From Balanoglossus misakiensis (lineage: Eukaryota; Animalia; Hemichordata): a DNA stretch of 64,000 bases. The stretch is from the NCBI GenBank assembly GCA_040954595.2, contig CM082578.2:15918998-15982997 (forward strand). Direction: 5' to 3'. Positions 48,701-62,132 of the stretch are shown one piece after another; positions within the stretch are counted from its first letter, which is position 1; the number at the start of each line of letters is the position of its first letter. Both the position numbers and the translations under genes were made by a program. The notes under the pieces are model-generated. The model saw nothing but the letters and a program-made list of their open reading frames with translations. It was not told the DNA's origin and searched no databases.

Positions 48701-51700
48701 CACCAGTTATACCATCAGAACACTGTCCATTACCACTGCATGGATGACTAGCCCCACCAGGGCATTCTGGAAGGAAGAAAATGGATTGATGAAAATAAAG
48801 GAAATGGATTTTGTCCCTGTCCTTATGCATTCTTATAAAGGTCACATTGTGTATTCTTTACGAACGCATTCTCCGTTTAATTTACCCTGTTACAGTTTTG
48901 CCATTCTGTCAATAACGAAACTGGCAAGAATATATACAGACAGACAGACAGAAGATGGAAGTGAGAAGACCCCATAAGATCCCAGTGGTATACATAGTAC
49001 GTATACCAAATGGGAGCTAAAATTGGACATTCATTATTGGTGTTAGATTGACCACACAACAGTTGATCTGACCAATCACAATATGACGTCAATTTCTGGC
49101 GGAAAATTTAAATATTCTGATTGTTAAAAGTTTTTCCAACAACACAACTTTTCACCACATGAACCTGTAAGCAACACACTCAGGAAAGATATCCACACTA
49201 TTAATAAATAGAGTATTAGATAACCATATATTATCATTATCTCAATCAGAAGAAAAATCCTAATTTAAGCAAACGTAAACTCTCCCTTTCCTTCCCTCTG
49301 TACCAGAATAAAACAGAAATTTCCGTTCCACTTTTGGACTTCCTGCCCCTATCCCTGCAGATGGGTGATAGTGAGGACATTCCCATGCCTTGCTACACAA
49401 GTTCACTCTGTCATGATATCACTAGTTACAAATTGAGCAGCCGCTTCTGAGAGATGGATTGTTTGAACAAAGCCAAAAATGTGACAGAGATGGCTGCAGC
49501 AATAATTTAACCTTATCAGAGATCTAGTTCTACTGGAAATAATCCCAACAGAAACATAAAAGACATTAAGAAATCTGTAATGCATTTATCATCAGACAAA
49601 ATCTTTTTTATCTCCACTTTGTAGATGGGCATACCATTACCATTACATGAATGATGATACTCTTAAAAGTAATTACATGTACCTTTCAAAGCTTTTCAGC
49701 AGTAATCCTACAGTGATGTCAGTAGCAACTGCTGTACGTTACTTTTGATATTTTCAGTACTTTTTTCCTGTGTATCCACCACAGTTTCTTGTTCTATTCC
49801 CCACAAACATTTTGACATGCCGAGTTTTCAGCTTGGCATCATGTAGCCTATATGCATATTATACCAGCAATGTAATACTGCACTTCACATATGTACAGGC
49901 TTTGTTGAAAAGAGGAATACTTATATCAACAGTTCTAGTTCAATCAAGAGTGTATGATTCCGCAATGTGAATGGAGATTTTAATTCCAGACCATAGTTCC
50001 TCCCACCAGACACAACAAAATCTGGTGCCTGGTACAGCCAAGCATCAGCTATAAATGCTGTAGCGATGGTATATGGGTATATGACAGATGAGACAAAAAC
50101 ATGCATCATTAACTGGTACTAAGGATTTCATCCATCACAGATTAATCCTGTTCCTGTCAAATTGGTTGAAACTGATTTACAAGGGGGCATACTTAGCTTC
50201 TGGTACTCAGACCTGTAAACTTGCCAAATTTGTGTGACTCGAAAGGGCCAATATGACCACCCAGTAAAACCAGTGAGATATTGGTACATTTTTAAGGGGG
50301 TTTAAACTGCCAAGCTGTCACAAGCAGCAAACAGCATCCAATGATTTCGTAATCTTTCACTGCAATAATCATCCCAAACGTTATTCTCAACAGTATGTCT
50401 CTCCCCTCCCAAACCTAAATCTCCCCTCCCAGTGGGACAAAACTAATGTAGTGTGTCAGTATGCCACAATGTATCAGAATTGGCTGATTTGGGCTGGCCT
50501 AAAACCTACACCTATGTAATTCCTGTGTTAAAGTATCTGATATGAACCTCATTAACTACTCCATCACAAGGGGTGGAGGCAGTAGATGAACCCTGGGGAT
50601 AAGTAATAGTGGTGTGAGTTTCATCAAGTCATTCTCTGCATGTCTTTCAACATAGGATACTGAACAACCCCCACACACACACCAGGAAACAGCTACTTCC
50701 ACCAAACTTCCTTCATTATATGTACTCTAAATATACATTCCGGCTTTAGTCTTGTCAAAAGTTCACACACTGCTACGGCCAACTTCCTTAGCAAGATGAC
50801 AGGAAATTAATATTAATATCAAGATGTCCTGTGATACAGAAATCAATTCATTTGTCTTCATTCTTCAGGTACTTTTGCTTTGCCAAAACTCTATGTCACT
50901 GTATGTAAAGTTGGATGAAAGGAAACTTGCATTTTCTGAACGTTAATTTTCCTTTATACATGTAATTGTAATTATGAAAATTAATATTTATAGTTGCCAG
51001 CAAAATAAACCATATTGACTTTTAATCACTTTTTACATCAAATTTGCACATTCTACACTTTCCTGTACTCATGCTTGTAGATTTCATAATCATAAAAATA
51101 ACAGATTCAATTTGATTATCAGTGGCACAGAAAAGAATCAGTTTGATTACCTGAAAACAAAAATTCATTTCAATGACACGAAGGCAAATTTACTTGTACT
51201 AGTAAACCCGATAAATTTACTTTTGATATATTTTGATACTTTTGATATATTTTTGATATACTGGTGGGGCATGAAGTGTACTTGTGTTACAAATTATGGC
51301 CACTTGTCCACTTTCTATGACCACATGAGTACCTGGAAAGTCAATTGTAATACGCACAAGGGTATCAGAAGACATCGTGGCCTAGTGGTTAGAGGTAGTA
51401 CACCTTGCGATCTTGCACCGGAGGGTCTGGGTTCGAATCCCGGACATGGCCACAGACTTTCTTTCGAAAAATGGTGACACCTTGTACTTCTTGAGCTAAT
51501 ATTTTTTGTGCCACCGATGTGTAAAACCGACGTACGTTTACTCTGTGCACTGCCACTATATATATGAACAAAGTATATGTTCGGCTTCAACAAACCATTA
51601 ATTTGCGAGATTTCATTTGGTTATAAAATATATATTTGATACAAGAAAGTGTGATCACCCTGAATTTGTTTTTGAAGCCATGATCTTTTTACATCGCACA

Positions 51701-52264
51701 GGTCTCTTGTACACTGGGGAATCCGGAAGTGTATCCCACAGTCACAAACTCTAGTTTTTATTTTTGTTAAGAAAAGTGATGCATACCTTGACATTGCTGG
51801 CCCCAGTATCCATCGCAGCATTCTATGACACTTATCAACTCTTGACATTCATGTCGACACCCTGATACGTCGCCCAAACCCGGTAACGGGTAGGTGCAAT
51901 CTCGAAGCCCCTGACCAGTGGTGGTGGCTTGACTACCAGTGGGACACATACCCGGGTGACTAATCGCACACTCTACGCACCCTGTGTATGTTGTCCTTGT
52001 TGTGTGATAATCACACTGTCCCACCCGGTCGCCGTTTGAAGCCGTTACACCTGTACTTTCCTGTGATTCCGATCTGGGAATGTGGTGAGGAAAGTCATGA
52101 CGGCCGTGTGAGTCGTCAAGATGTCCGCGATCATCCCCTGGGTGGGGGCGACCACTCGAACCGCCGTCAACAATACATATGTATTGTGCCAGTAACGTCA
52201 CTGAAATCAACTGTAGCCACGATATTTGGCGGAGTTTTGTGGCTCGTAGCAGTTTGTGGTCCAT
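29763..52264 (-). CDS. Stabilin (STAB1/STAB2 pro-orthologue): signal peptide, EMI-like region, four EGF/laminin-EGF clusters, FAS1 domains, TM, NPxY tail
   Basis: Exon 1 52264-51787 (signal; ..[11 protein letters not shown]). Many EGF exons ([32 protein letters not shown]). FAS1 motifs ([60 protein letters not shown]). [31 protein letters not shown] (~30250-30330); FDNPMY (~29920-29940); last exon [11 protein letters not shown] ending 29763. Confidence 0.92.
38269..38350. repeat. Tandem duplication, ~41 bp x2 (gattttttgcatagagtstaatgtat..tctg)
   Basis: Two adjacent near-identical copies in a stabilin intron. Confidence 0.75.
42740..42795. repeat. (TCA)n microsatellite
   Basis: About 12 perfect tca units plus a degenerate tail, intronic. 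Confidence 0.9.
48935..49022 (-). mobile_element. ttttagctcccatttggtata-family repeat with (tctg)n tail
   Basis: Reverse strand reads ttttagctcccatttggtatac-gtactat-gtatacca-ctgggatcttatgggg...tctgtctgtctgtctg. Confidence 0.65.
51371..51452 (+). mobile_element. tRNA-derived element (SINE head or tRNA pseudogene) in stabilin intron 1
   Basis: Pol III A box TGGCCTAGTGG (51378-51388) and B box GGTTCGAATCC (51430-51440) with T-arm pairing; acceptor and anticodon stems do not pair canonically. Confidence 0.6.
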
Positions 52265-54807
52265 ACTGGCGACAGCTCATCTATCGGTCTGTCTATCCTA
52301 ATCGCTAAAACAGCCAGTCTCTAAGAAAAAAATCATCGGCTTTCGAAAGAAGGCAGACTCTAACCAAACAACGTTAAGTAATATCTCTGTACAGTACCAG
52401 TTACACACAGTACGTCAGACTTTCACTCATCTGAATAGGTATCAGCCAGTGTCAGTGTACACAGTTTGATCACGTGAAGCTGGCGGACCAATGGAGTGTA
52501 AAAGCCAACGTTTCCCGTTTCACCGACACTTCTACACAAACACTAACTACTTTTCTAGTCGGACGTGACAGACGGAAGCGAAATAGGCGCGTCAAGTTTT
52601 ATCGCTTTCTTGCAGTTGCAGATTAAAGTAATCACAAGCTTACAACTTTAATGACAATTTCCATACTAAATATATTTTAAAATTAGAATGAACAAGTTGC
52701 TGTAGCCTAACATTTGGGGCGTTTGGTTCGATTCGTTCTGGCCAGTTGGTTTGGCTTTTTAGGCCTTCGACCGTGAGGCCGATAGGTCTCATAATTCAGA
52801 TTTTAAGAATACTGTGTACAAGAGAAATTTCCCACCCACGGTTTGGGCACCCAAGTATGCTACACATGACACGATAAAGAAAAGAAAGGTGGTAAAGAAA
52901 TTCGAGTGCACACAAACACATCAATTTCCTCAACCTACGAAGTCGAAAAAAACAAATGACAGAGAAAAGAAAAAAAAGTTTTGTGTCATTATAAATTTTC
53001 AGTTCATAATTTACTACAGCAAGTATTTCACAGTCCCTACAGTAAACTTTTCCTGGAGTTTTAATCATCTTTTCCCGTCTTTCTGCATTGTGGCGATGTT
53101 CATTTGTAAGGCCACACGCCGCTCCAAGCGTTTTCCCGGCGCTTTTATTTTGTGCATGGGTTACAGTCCCCCCCCCCCCTTGAGGTTGGTGGCAGGGGAA
53201 GGCTGTGGGTTCCTGTGGGAGTCTGGTGAACTACACAGTAAACGACGCTATTTATAAAAAGTCGTCCTCGATACTGTTTGGTGCCCGTAAATAATTTAAA
53301 CACGCGCACGGTAAACGCGAAATCTTAAAATCCGCACAATTTATGGTGATATTCAATATCGGAACTTTGATGGACATACTGATTTAATTTATTAATTTAC
53401 CTATATATGTCTTTGCGGGAACAGTGAGGGTGGCTGCATGTTCAAGCTAAAAACCCTCTTTGTTGCATGTTCGCATTTCCAAACTTAAGTTCAGGCAGAG
53501 GAGAAAGTAGCTGCAGTTCAGTAGCTCGAGGTTTTGCATTGCAATTGGATCCAAATTGGTTTGTGTGGTTTTGCCTTGGTCTGTGTGTTAGGTGGCAAAA
53601 CCGTCAACACAGTCACACAAACCACGGCAAAACTCGAGGTACTGAACTGCAGCTAGGAAGAGTGAAGATTTGAGGTCAAACGCAATTAATTGGTTTTATC
53701 GTGCTCATATTTCACTGGTTATTATCCACGCGGCCCATGTTGTTGATGCGATTTGATCACATGCGACTGTGGATTTGATAATCGACTTTGTGAGTCTACA
53801 AGAATAATTAATTGGCAAATTTTGGGCTGCACCTTTTTGAACGGCTTGGCCTCAATTCGTTCTCTTCACGACTTTAGTGGCGAATAGATGAAATTTGAAT
53901 GTAACAATGGTAACTTTCTGTTGTGGATATGAAAATTTTGTTCGAAAAGGTATAGGCTTACGTGGCAGACCTCCTAAACTTGCTGCATGGTCCTACAGCC
54001 ACTTTTTATGTCAAAACAGCAACAGCATGGTGGGAAACTGACGAGTATAGTGTTACACAGCGGATCGACAACAGTGATTATGTACTGAGCTCTCTGGTTG
54101 ACTTTTAATTTACCTGCGCACTTATTAAAAATTTATCAAGCACATCAAGACTTAATTTTTCTGCAGACAAGCTACATTCGCAGACAATTCACGTCATTGC
54201 AGGTTTACATGACAATCGCACGGGTAGAAAAACAAGTGGAGCCCGCGCAACCAACCGTGGTGGCTCCCTCGCCTCTCTCCCAAATTTCCGCCGTATTCAG
54301 ATTTTCTTCTACGTGTATAATAAGCGGTGGTTCATTTCATATCTTGGGGAGGGGCTGGAGGTTTAATGTTGATCTGTATGCAAAAAAAGTCTTTGTTCCA
54401 ACCATGCAAACATTTTTTTTCGAAGCAACACTTGGAAAAAATGATTGTTTTCAATGCTAAATATATATATATATATTTTTAAACTTTCGATACGAGCAAC
54501 GATTTCTATACATTAGCCGGCAAACTAGAAAAGATGGAAGAAAGCGCTTCAAACAAAGCAGATACTAAGTTTATTCCGTCTCGGTGAAAAGTCTGACCAT
54601 TTGCCTTCGTGAATGGCGCCATCTACGTCCGCGTTGTGATTTGTTCGACTGGTGTAGACGTAGGATCGACCAGGGGGGTCGACCAGGTTTGCGAAAGACT
54701 TGACGCAGCATGCATGCAGTCCTGTAGAAGACAAATATGTGTTTCTTTCGTGCAAAATAATGATCAGGAAATGAAAGCCTCGTGCCATCTCGAATACTTG
54801 ATGAATG

Positions 54808-54856
54808 TGGTTGGTTGGTTGGTTGGTTGGTTGGTTGGTTGCATGGATGGATGGAT
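54808..54856. repeat. (GGTT)n/(GGAT)n microsatellite
   Basis: Eight ggtt units followed by ggat units. Confidence 0.9.
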
Positions 54857-57800
54857 AGATGATGAAGATGCCCAACTTTTTTAACAGATCGCAATGCGAG
54901 GAATCTCGTACTTTTGTGTGGGGAAAACTCCAAGCATACGTGGGCTATATTCTTAATTTTTCTAGCATGGTCCTCCCTCGGTCCACGGTTTATTATAAAT
55001 GCAAAATGATGGATCGGTGAACCGGATCGATATTAGACCTAGTATACATGAGAAAATCGTACCCCTGGCCCGCTATACGAGAACTGGAGGATAAGATTCG
55101 GTACATGTATTTACAAAACCGGGAAACATTTTTAAATGGACTTAGTGAACCCTCCCTCCCCTAGGATTAGGTTCATGATCCTCGCTGAGCTGTGTATGAC
55201 TTGTGGCAGAAGTCGCGGCGCCGTTCAGTTACCTTGATGCGATCCGGGTCGCCAGTGATGTCCACGAGTTGTTCAATCTCCCAGTAGCCTTCCCGTTGGC
55301 GTGAACTTTTCGCTTTTTTCCTCTCGCATCCACTTGAAGTAAACAAACCAGACGCAACCTTGCAATGTGTCATAACACGCAACACATCCAAACAGATAGT
55401 TTGACTAATGTATCCTCCAACAATCTCGCAGCATGTTCGTAAGCTTACGTATGTCTGGAATTCAGGAGAAATAAACATTAATCAAATACTAGTGCTGGAC
55501 ACGCTGACTTTTTCCCTCCGACGAATGTCCCACAGTACATGCGCACGATTTCATGAGATTTATGGATAGATATTATATCACAGTTACACCCACACTCAAC
55601 GAAAAGTGTAAGCGATAAATAGAGCAAAATAATAGCAAATAAAAACAAATACAGACGCAGAAATACCAAGTATCCCAAGGGCTGCAAGTTTTCTTGTCTT
55701 GGCAAAAGCCTTCTCTGACAAATCGTTTTGCGCGTGTGGATATTGAGCATTTTTGCTTTTATTCTGAGTAATCTTTGTCTCGTCAACGACCTTGGGAATG
55801 ACCTAGAATCCGATAATTTAGATTTGGATAGCTCTTTCCAAATGATTTTGAATAACACTCTTACGCGAAAGACCGTCCAATTTCAACGTTTACGATTTAT
55901 TACTTATCAAAAATATTTCATCTATCGCGCTTTAGGGAGATAGGAGCTGACCTTTCTATAAGAAAAGTGATGAGAGTAAGGAGAACTAGGGATATGTCTG
56001 TGAGATTACTTTTTGGCTACGGTGACATTGAGTTACTTAGAAAGTTGATAATTTCTAGAAGAGTTGTGCGTGAGAATTTATGTCTTTGGCTAAAAAACAG
56101 TGTCGTTAACTTTTTTTTCTGCGAAGAGTGATGATTAAGCTTATGCGTCTCTGTAGCATCGTTGCCAAGTCGTTCACCGCAACATGTCGTGGGATCACGT
56201 TCTTCGCAAAACTGGAATGTGTCCTTATAACAGCCAGCGACCTGAGACCTTTCCAACGTCTCCTCTCACCTTGAACATCTCAAAGACGCATGCGCGAAAA
56301 GGAGTCGACTTATAAGCACATACAATAGTCTTCGCAAAGAAATCGTCCTGTAAGGATAGTTTCTCCCCAACAAAAATAGATTTCGCTCATTGCGTTGGCG
56401 CTACGAAACATCAAACAGGTGAGTTTTTATCTCTTTCATGTGTATTTATTTCAAATGCCCAAGTTTTAAGCATTAGGAATTGGTGGAACGACCTTATCTG
56501 TGAAACCCTTATCTGCCAGAATTTTGTGTCAAATGCGTCTGGCTGACCCGAAATTGCTCACAATGAATTCGGGTGAAACATATTTTTTCTGCGGTTAACC
56601 GTCACATTAATAAAACCACAACTCTTTTCAAGTGCGACCATTTTCAGCTCCGTCTGTCACTAATATTATTATTCTATCCTACCACGTGTTTTTCGCTCAT
56701 TTTCAAGTTTAAAGGCAGATGTTGTTTATCGAAAAGCAAATGAACTCTTACTCTTGTAAACATTGTAAACATTCAATGTCAACAAGAACTCATGTAAGAA
56801 CAAAAGATTGAGGGCCGCGAGCTTTTTAAGGTGAATGAAGGTGAATGGTGGAATAATCCTTCCTCGCGTAGAAATTAGTTTAAGAAAACTGACATTTATG
56901 ACTATTTCCATGCAATTTTGTAATTTTTGTTCGGGCTTTAGAACATGATCGTCTTCATTGACCTGTACACAAGGGGGCACGTCGGGCATGGTTATACCAT
57001 GGAGATACTCTTACAGTCTTAGTACCTCCATGGTAACTTTGGTTATACAGAGACTCTGGGCTACAATGTCATTACCATCGATATCGCCGTTATGTTATTG
57101 GAATAAGTGTAAATTGCATGATCGACAATATAGTCAAGTCAATGATGGATTGGTTCTTCAAGGGTGCAATGACCTTTATTCGCTTTGGCTGGAGAGCAAA
57201 TGTGAACAGTTGCTCTTTCCGTTTGTTGGCCCATCATGAAACAACGGAAAGGAGGTCGACGGGGTCATCGGCAGGATGTACACAAGCCGGGAACAACTTC
57301 CTCTACAGTCTCATCACAAACAAATCTTAAGAGATAAAACTATAACATTCTGCATTAAAACTATACTTGGAATATGTCGCTATAGAATTTATTGTCGCGA
57401 ACTTAGTGGCTTTTAAATTTCCTCATCTTTCCCGATTGTAAACACGGATATATGCCTACAGCAGGTGGGCGGACAGACATCGCCAAGATTAGCGGTGTCT
57501 TCTCCGGAAATCTTACCCAGACTCTCCCCGCGGCCAAGCGTTCTTCTGTTCAATCCTTTGAATAATATTTGTGACTCACTGAAGCCCTAGTTGTCTTTGC
57601 TAGTGAACTGGAATCACATATCCCAGGGGATGGCAGATAATGCGCGCTGAAGAATCTTCTTGATAATGTAGGTGTCAGTTTGAGATCAAGATTTGTTTTG
57701 TCTTGTTTAAAAGATCTGACCAGTTGGTCCATAGTGAGTAGCTTCTGCTGTCGATGGTTAGTCTAAATATCTGTCAATATCTGAAAAGCTCCACCTTCAT

Positions 57801-58512
57801 TATTGTTTTTCCATTGCTTTTCAGATCGAGTGTTGGAAGTTGAAGTCCAAGGTGTGAATTGGTTCGGAACCAAACAGGCCTACTCGTGCGCTTCTTTACA
57901 AAAGACGCGGCAGGGAGCTGACTGGACGCACAGTTTTTGATCTTTGTCTTTAGGTTTTCGCAAGTTGCAACTTTGATCCCACTTTGAACAGTAAATGAAA
58001 GTCGCACAAAGTCTAAAATACAGAAAAAAAACTACTTTTATATTTGAACAAAGTAGAGGAAAAAAACAGGATCGGCGTCTTCTTTTCGTGCGCGTTGACA
58101 TTTTCGTCCGTGTATTGTTTCAGAACAGAGGACATCAAAGGAATAGTCCTGCATGAAATTAGATAAACAACCGTACATTTTGTTCTGCTGAAATTAAATT
58201 TTCGCGGCAACTTTGAAGCCGGCAAGACCAAGAGTTTTAGAGAAACCATCGGGAATTACCAGTGGCTAATTACGCTGTTTGGATATTGACATCTGGCATA
58301 CGATTGGCGGGTCAGTCAAGTAGGCGGCGCTTTGCTTGTGTCTGCGCACAGTTGGACCGTCTTGATCAATCTTGGCATACGTCCCACAGCCGATACCTTC
58401 CTTGGCCGGGAGCCGACTTATACAGCTGATCGGAACGTACGTCTGCTGTCGCCGGGGAAAGACCGTCGTGTGTGTGTGCGTGCATGCCGAGTGCCGTTGT
58501 AACAGGTTGATC

Positions 58513-61440
58513 ATGTGTTCTGTGTTAGTTGCTTTAGTACTGCTTGCAATTGTCAGTTGTGTGCAGTCAGCAGTGTTAGGGCTCCAAACACAGAACGACC
58601 AGGCTTACGGTCAAGGTAGGTACACCATCACGTACAAGGGTCAAGATAAATCGTTCGCTTGCTACTTTTTTCTGATCATGAACGCAGGAAAAACATCATC
58701 ATTTGAATGTAAACTATGAAGCGATGTTTTCCCCATCATGTTCGGGAACTCTTATATACACAATTATATTCCAGCGCGAAAAGTTTCCCGGAGCACTTTG
58801 AGCCTATTCACAGAAAGTTCTCGCCCACGCACTCGTGTAGATTTCATTCATCTGGCATGGCCTGCAAACTTCTTCATGACCCAGTAGCACCAACTCACGA
58901 TCGGGCTCTTTTTCGTGTCTCACTTAGGGGATTTGGTCCGAGCTCACCCGTTGGGGTTGTCAAGTTCCGTCTACGAGATAGTGACACCCTTACGGCTGAA
59001 CTCGGCCGGCGAAATTGTATCCCACGGACGGCACTTCCGTAGACGCCGTGAAGTTGAAGACTTGGAGGACTGGAACTCAGAAGCGGCTTACGTTATCGAG
59101 GCTTTCGGGCGGCAGTTTCATCTAGAGTTACAGCAAGATGGAGGATTTATTGCCGGCAGTTTTGTGTTGCAGTATTTAGGGGACTTTGACTCAGGGAATT
59201 CAACTGATGATGAAGAATATCATGATGACACTGTTTCGGACGTCCCAGTCAAACATTGTTTTTACTCTGGTCATGTCGACTCCCACCAAGGATCGAAGGC
59301 AGTTTTCAGTCTATGTGCCGGGCTGGTAAGTTTACACAGTGTAGTCATTGTATGTTTTTAACAGGCATAATTCCACACTTCCCAAATTTAGCTATTGCTG
59401 TTATCACGTTGTGGATTATCCAGTTTGGAGCCAGTTGTATATTTGGTCTGATCACCAGGACAAAAGTTTCTCTCATGAGGTTCCGGTCGTAAGCTTATAC
59501 CTCTGTCACGCCGCGGTCATTCCACAAGCCAATATTTTCCTTCAATCAGTCATGCTGCATGTTTTAAAATTGTATGTATACTAGCGCAGTTTAAAGGTAG
59601 TGGAATAAAATGCGCTTGGAGTGAATGAATGCTCTTGGTCAAAAGATTTTTAGCTATTGGTCGGGTCATGGTGACGCTAAGGCCTAGTTGTTACGTGTGA
59701 CTTCTGGTGACACAAATTGCTAGAACAATGTAAACAAAACATTGCTGAAGATTTAGTGTTTGGTTTCGCGTTACGTGGGGGTACCCTGAGTACGTCAGGG
59801 GCCGGTCAGCGGTCAAAACTCCCTGGGGTCTCTTCTGATTATGATAAATCCTTGATAAGAACAAAAATTGTGTAGCAACGCACTTTTACCAAGTGATTCC
59901 TCTCTGCTCGAACCTATGTTGATGACGAGCGGTACCTTTGCACAGTGCCACTTGTCATCAACCGCAGTGAAAAGTTCGTCAGGAAGGATTTTCATTGTAA
60001 AAGTTTCTTCTAAAAGTCAGATTGCTTGGTTTTGTGCGCGTGTGTTTGAGCGAATGTTCGGAGTATCTCTGATCAAAAGGCTGGTCTGCAGGACCCTTGT
60101 TTTCTGAGAAATCAAAATGTGAAATAAATTCAACATGTCCCTGGACTCAACATTGATTGGACTAGTTTTTGGGTCATTTATCTGTTGTTACACATTTCTA
60201 ATTTGGCAATTGTAGTGGATAATTATTGTTTAAGTTATATAATATGATGTTATACAGGCAAACATTCAAAGATAAGAAGGTAGCTTGTGAGGTGAATGCT
60301 TTCATTCAATTTCAAAGTATGATATTCTTTTTAAATGGCAATTTTGTTTTGGTGAACCTTTGTTGGGTATATCTATGTATTTATGTAAAACAATTGTTGA
60401 GATATTGAAAGTTGAGTCTGGCTACTGGAAGCAATTTCTGCTTATCAATACTGATAAAACATTTCCTGGATAAATATGTAGGCATTTTGGACAGCAGGAT
60501 GTCAATAGATTCACATCCCTGATTCGGTTTGTTGTAAAACAGTTCTGGAATTTCTGCAGGAATAGAGAAATTGAAAAATGTGTAGAGTTTATAGTCACTT
60601 TACAAGCACATTTGACAGTGAATGGAATTGCACTTGGCATTCTTGTGTGTAAAAACTATGGAGAACCCCCCCCCCCCCAGGAATGTTTACTCTCATTGTA
60701 GTTGGTATGTTTGACCTGCATATTAGAGTTTTTATAAATGCATGAAATTATCAGTAAAGAACTTAAAACAAACATAAAATAACAAATTTCCTTTTCTTAT
60801 AATTCCATGAAAATAATTTCCCTGTTTCAGTGCATGTGTAAGTACAGTACAAGAGTTAGTATGCCCTAGTATTTAGGCTGAGATCTGCAGTCTACCATAA
60901 TGAGCCTGCATGTTGTCTGACCAAGTCCTATTTCTGTGTTTGCTGGCTTAGATGTAGGTAAAGCCTTTCAACAGTTCATTCGTCAAAAGTAGGTCAATGT
61001 TTTGGTCATGTGTTTGCATGCACACATGGTTTGAATTGGGTCACAAATTGGGGTTTGGTGGAACCATGGACCTGGGAAGGAGGTTGGGGTGGGCGTGGTC
61101 AGGGAGGGGATAGTGCGATTTTTGTGCTAGAGCAGAATACCAGTGCTGAAAAGTTACATTTGTACCCTAGGAATGGATTAAGTTAGTATTAAATTCTGTT
61201 TTTGAATTAATAAAATTAACTTAGTATTAAACCTTTTTTTGAATTAATAAAAATAAGTTAGTATTGTTTGTTGCTTACAGTTTGGTACCTTTAGGACTGA
61301 GAATGGAACCCAGTATTTTATAGAACCACTTGATAGTGTTGATGCCAAAGAAGAAAGCATCAAACAACATATCATCTACAAGCATGAAGACTTGACACAT
61401 TCTCAGCATCACAACAGCACATCAATTTGTGGTCTGCAAG
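58513..61440 (+). CDS. ADAMTS metalloprotease (ADAMTS9/20/GON-1-like), signal peptide and prodomain; 3' part beyond window
   Basis: In-frame exons 58513-58615 (signal MCSVLVALVLLAIVSCVQSA), 58928-59325 (YEIVTPLRLNSAGE..HFRRRR..YVIEAFGRQFHLEL..HCFYSGHV..AVFSLCAGL) and 61281-61440 (FGTFRTENGTQYFIEPL..HIIYK..ICG), typical of an M12B propeptide. Subfamily assignment is tentative. Confidence 0.88.
61180..61265. repeat. AT-rich tandem duplication, ~37 bp x2+
   Basis: aagttagtattaaa..ttttgaattaataaaa repeated just upstream of ADAMTS exon 3. Confidence 0.65.
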
Positions 61441-61532
61441 GTAAGTCACACCATAGATACGCTTTTCTCTGCAAAATTCAACTAGAAGAACGTTCTGTCC
61501 ATTAGTAATTGTTGATGTAAACTACCTACCGG

Positions 61533-61673
61533 TACTGTAAAACGGGAAATTTTCGCAACAAGAAATTTTCGCGTTATCAACAGAGGTGACTATTCCGTGA
61601 CGATTAATTTTCGCGTTCTCTTGCGAAGTGCGCGAAAATTTATCGTTTGTGATAAATTTCCCGTTTTACAGTA
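61533..61673. mobile_element. MITE with 20-bp perfect TIR
   Basis: tactgtaaaacgggaaattt ... aaatttcccgttttacagta, with internal aaattttcgc subrepeats. Confidence 0.85.
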
Positions 61674-61701
61674 TACATCTCTCCACAGTCACCTCCCAGT
61701 A

Positions 61702-61840
61702 CAGTGTTCTCCCCAGGAATTTCTGACAGAGTGCTGACTAATTTGCGTTACAATAGCTGCACTTGTTATGTTAATGAAGTTTTATTGTTTTGCCGAAATT
61801 AAAGATGGCGACTGCTTTATTTGCTCTGAGGAGAACACTG
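61702..61840. mobile_element. MITE with CAGTGTTCTCC TIR, TA-flanked
   Basis: ta|cagtgttctcc ... ggagaacactg|ta. Confidence 0.7.
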
Positions 61841-61996
61841 TATTGAGTTCATCAAACTTTGCATGTTATGATGTGGTTGGACATTTTGAGTGCAAATTTA
61901 GGGGCAGCTTCATGACACTTGGTGCAAAGGTAGGCTCATGTAATGCATGAGATCGTTTTTATTTTGAGAAATGGAATTAATATCGTGAAGAATGTG

Positions 61997-62132
61997 TATT
62001 GTAAATCGGGAAATTTTCACGAACGATAAATTTTCGCAAACGCCCTAGAAATGCGAAAAATAAAAAAGTCACATAAAACAGTTGCCTCTTTTGCGAACAT
62101 TACCTGTCGTGAAAATTTCCCGTTTTACAGTA
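61997..62132. mobile_element. MITE, same family as 61533-61673
   Basis: tattgtaaatcgggaaattttcacga ... tcgtgaaaatttcccgttttacagta (26-bp TIR, 2 mismatches). Confidence 0.85.

Noticed and set aside
51371-51452. Functional tRNA-Cys or tRNA-His gene
   Set aside because: Acceptor and anticodon stems do not pair; treated as a tRNA-derived element.
52810-53313. Possible degenerate TIR element (tactgtg.. / ..cacggta, gggcacc / ggtgccc)
   Set aside because: Inverted-repeat identity too low to support without a genome-wide search.
52796-58249. Many 60-150 aa ORFs between stabilin and ADAMTS as a hidden gene or transposase
   Set aside because: No recognisable domain and no consistent exon chain; several derive from microsatellites or A-runs.
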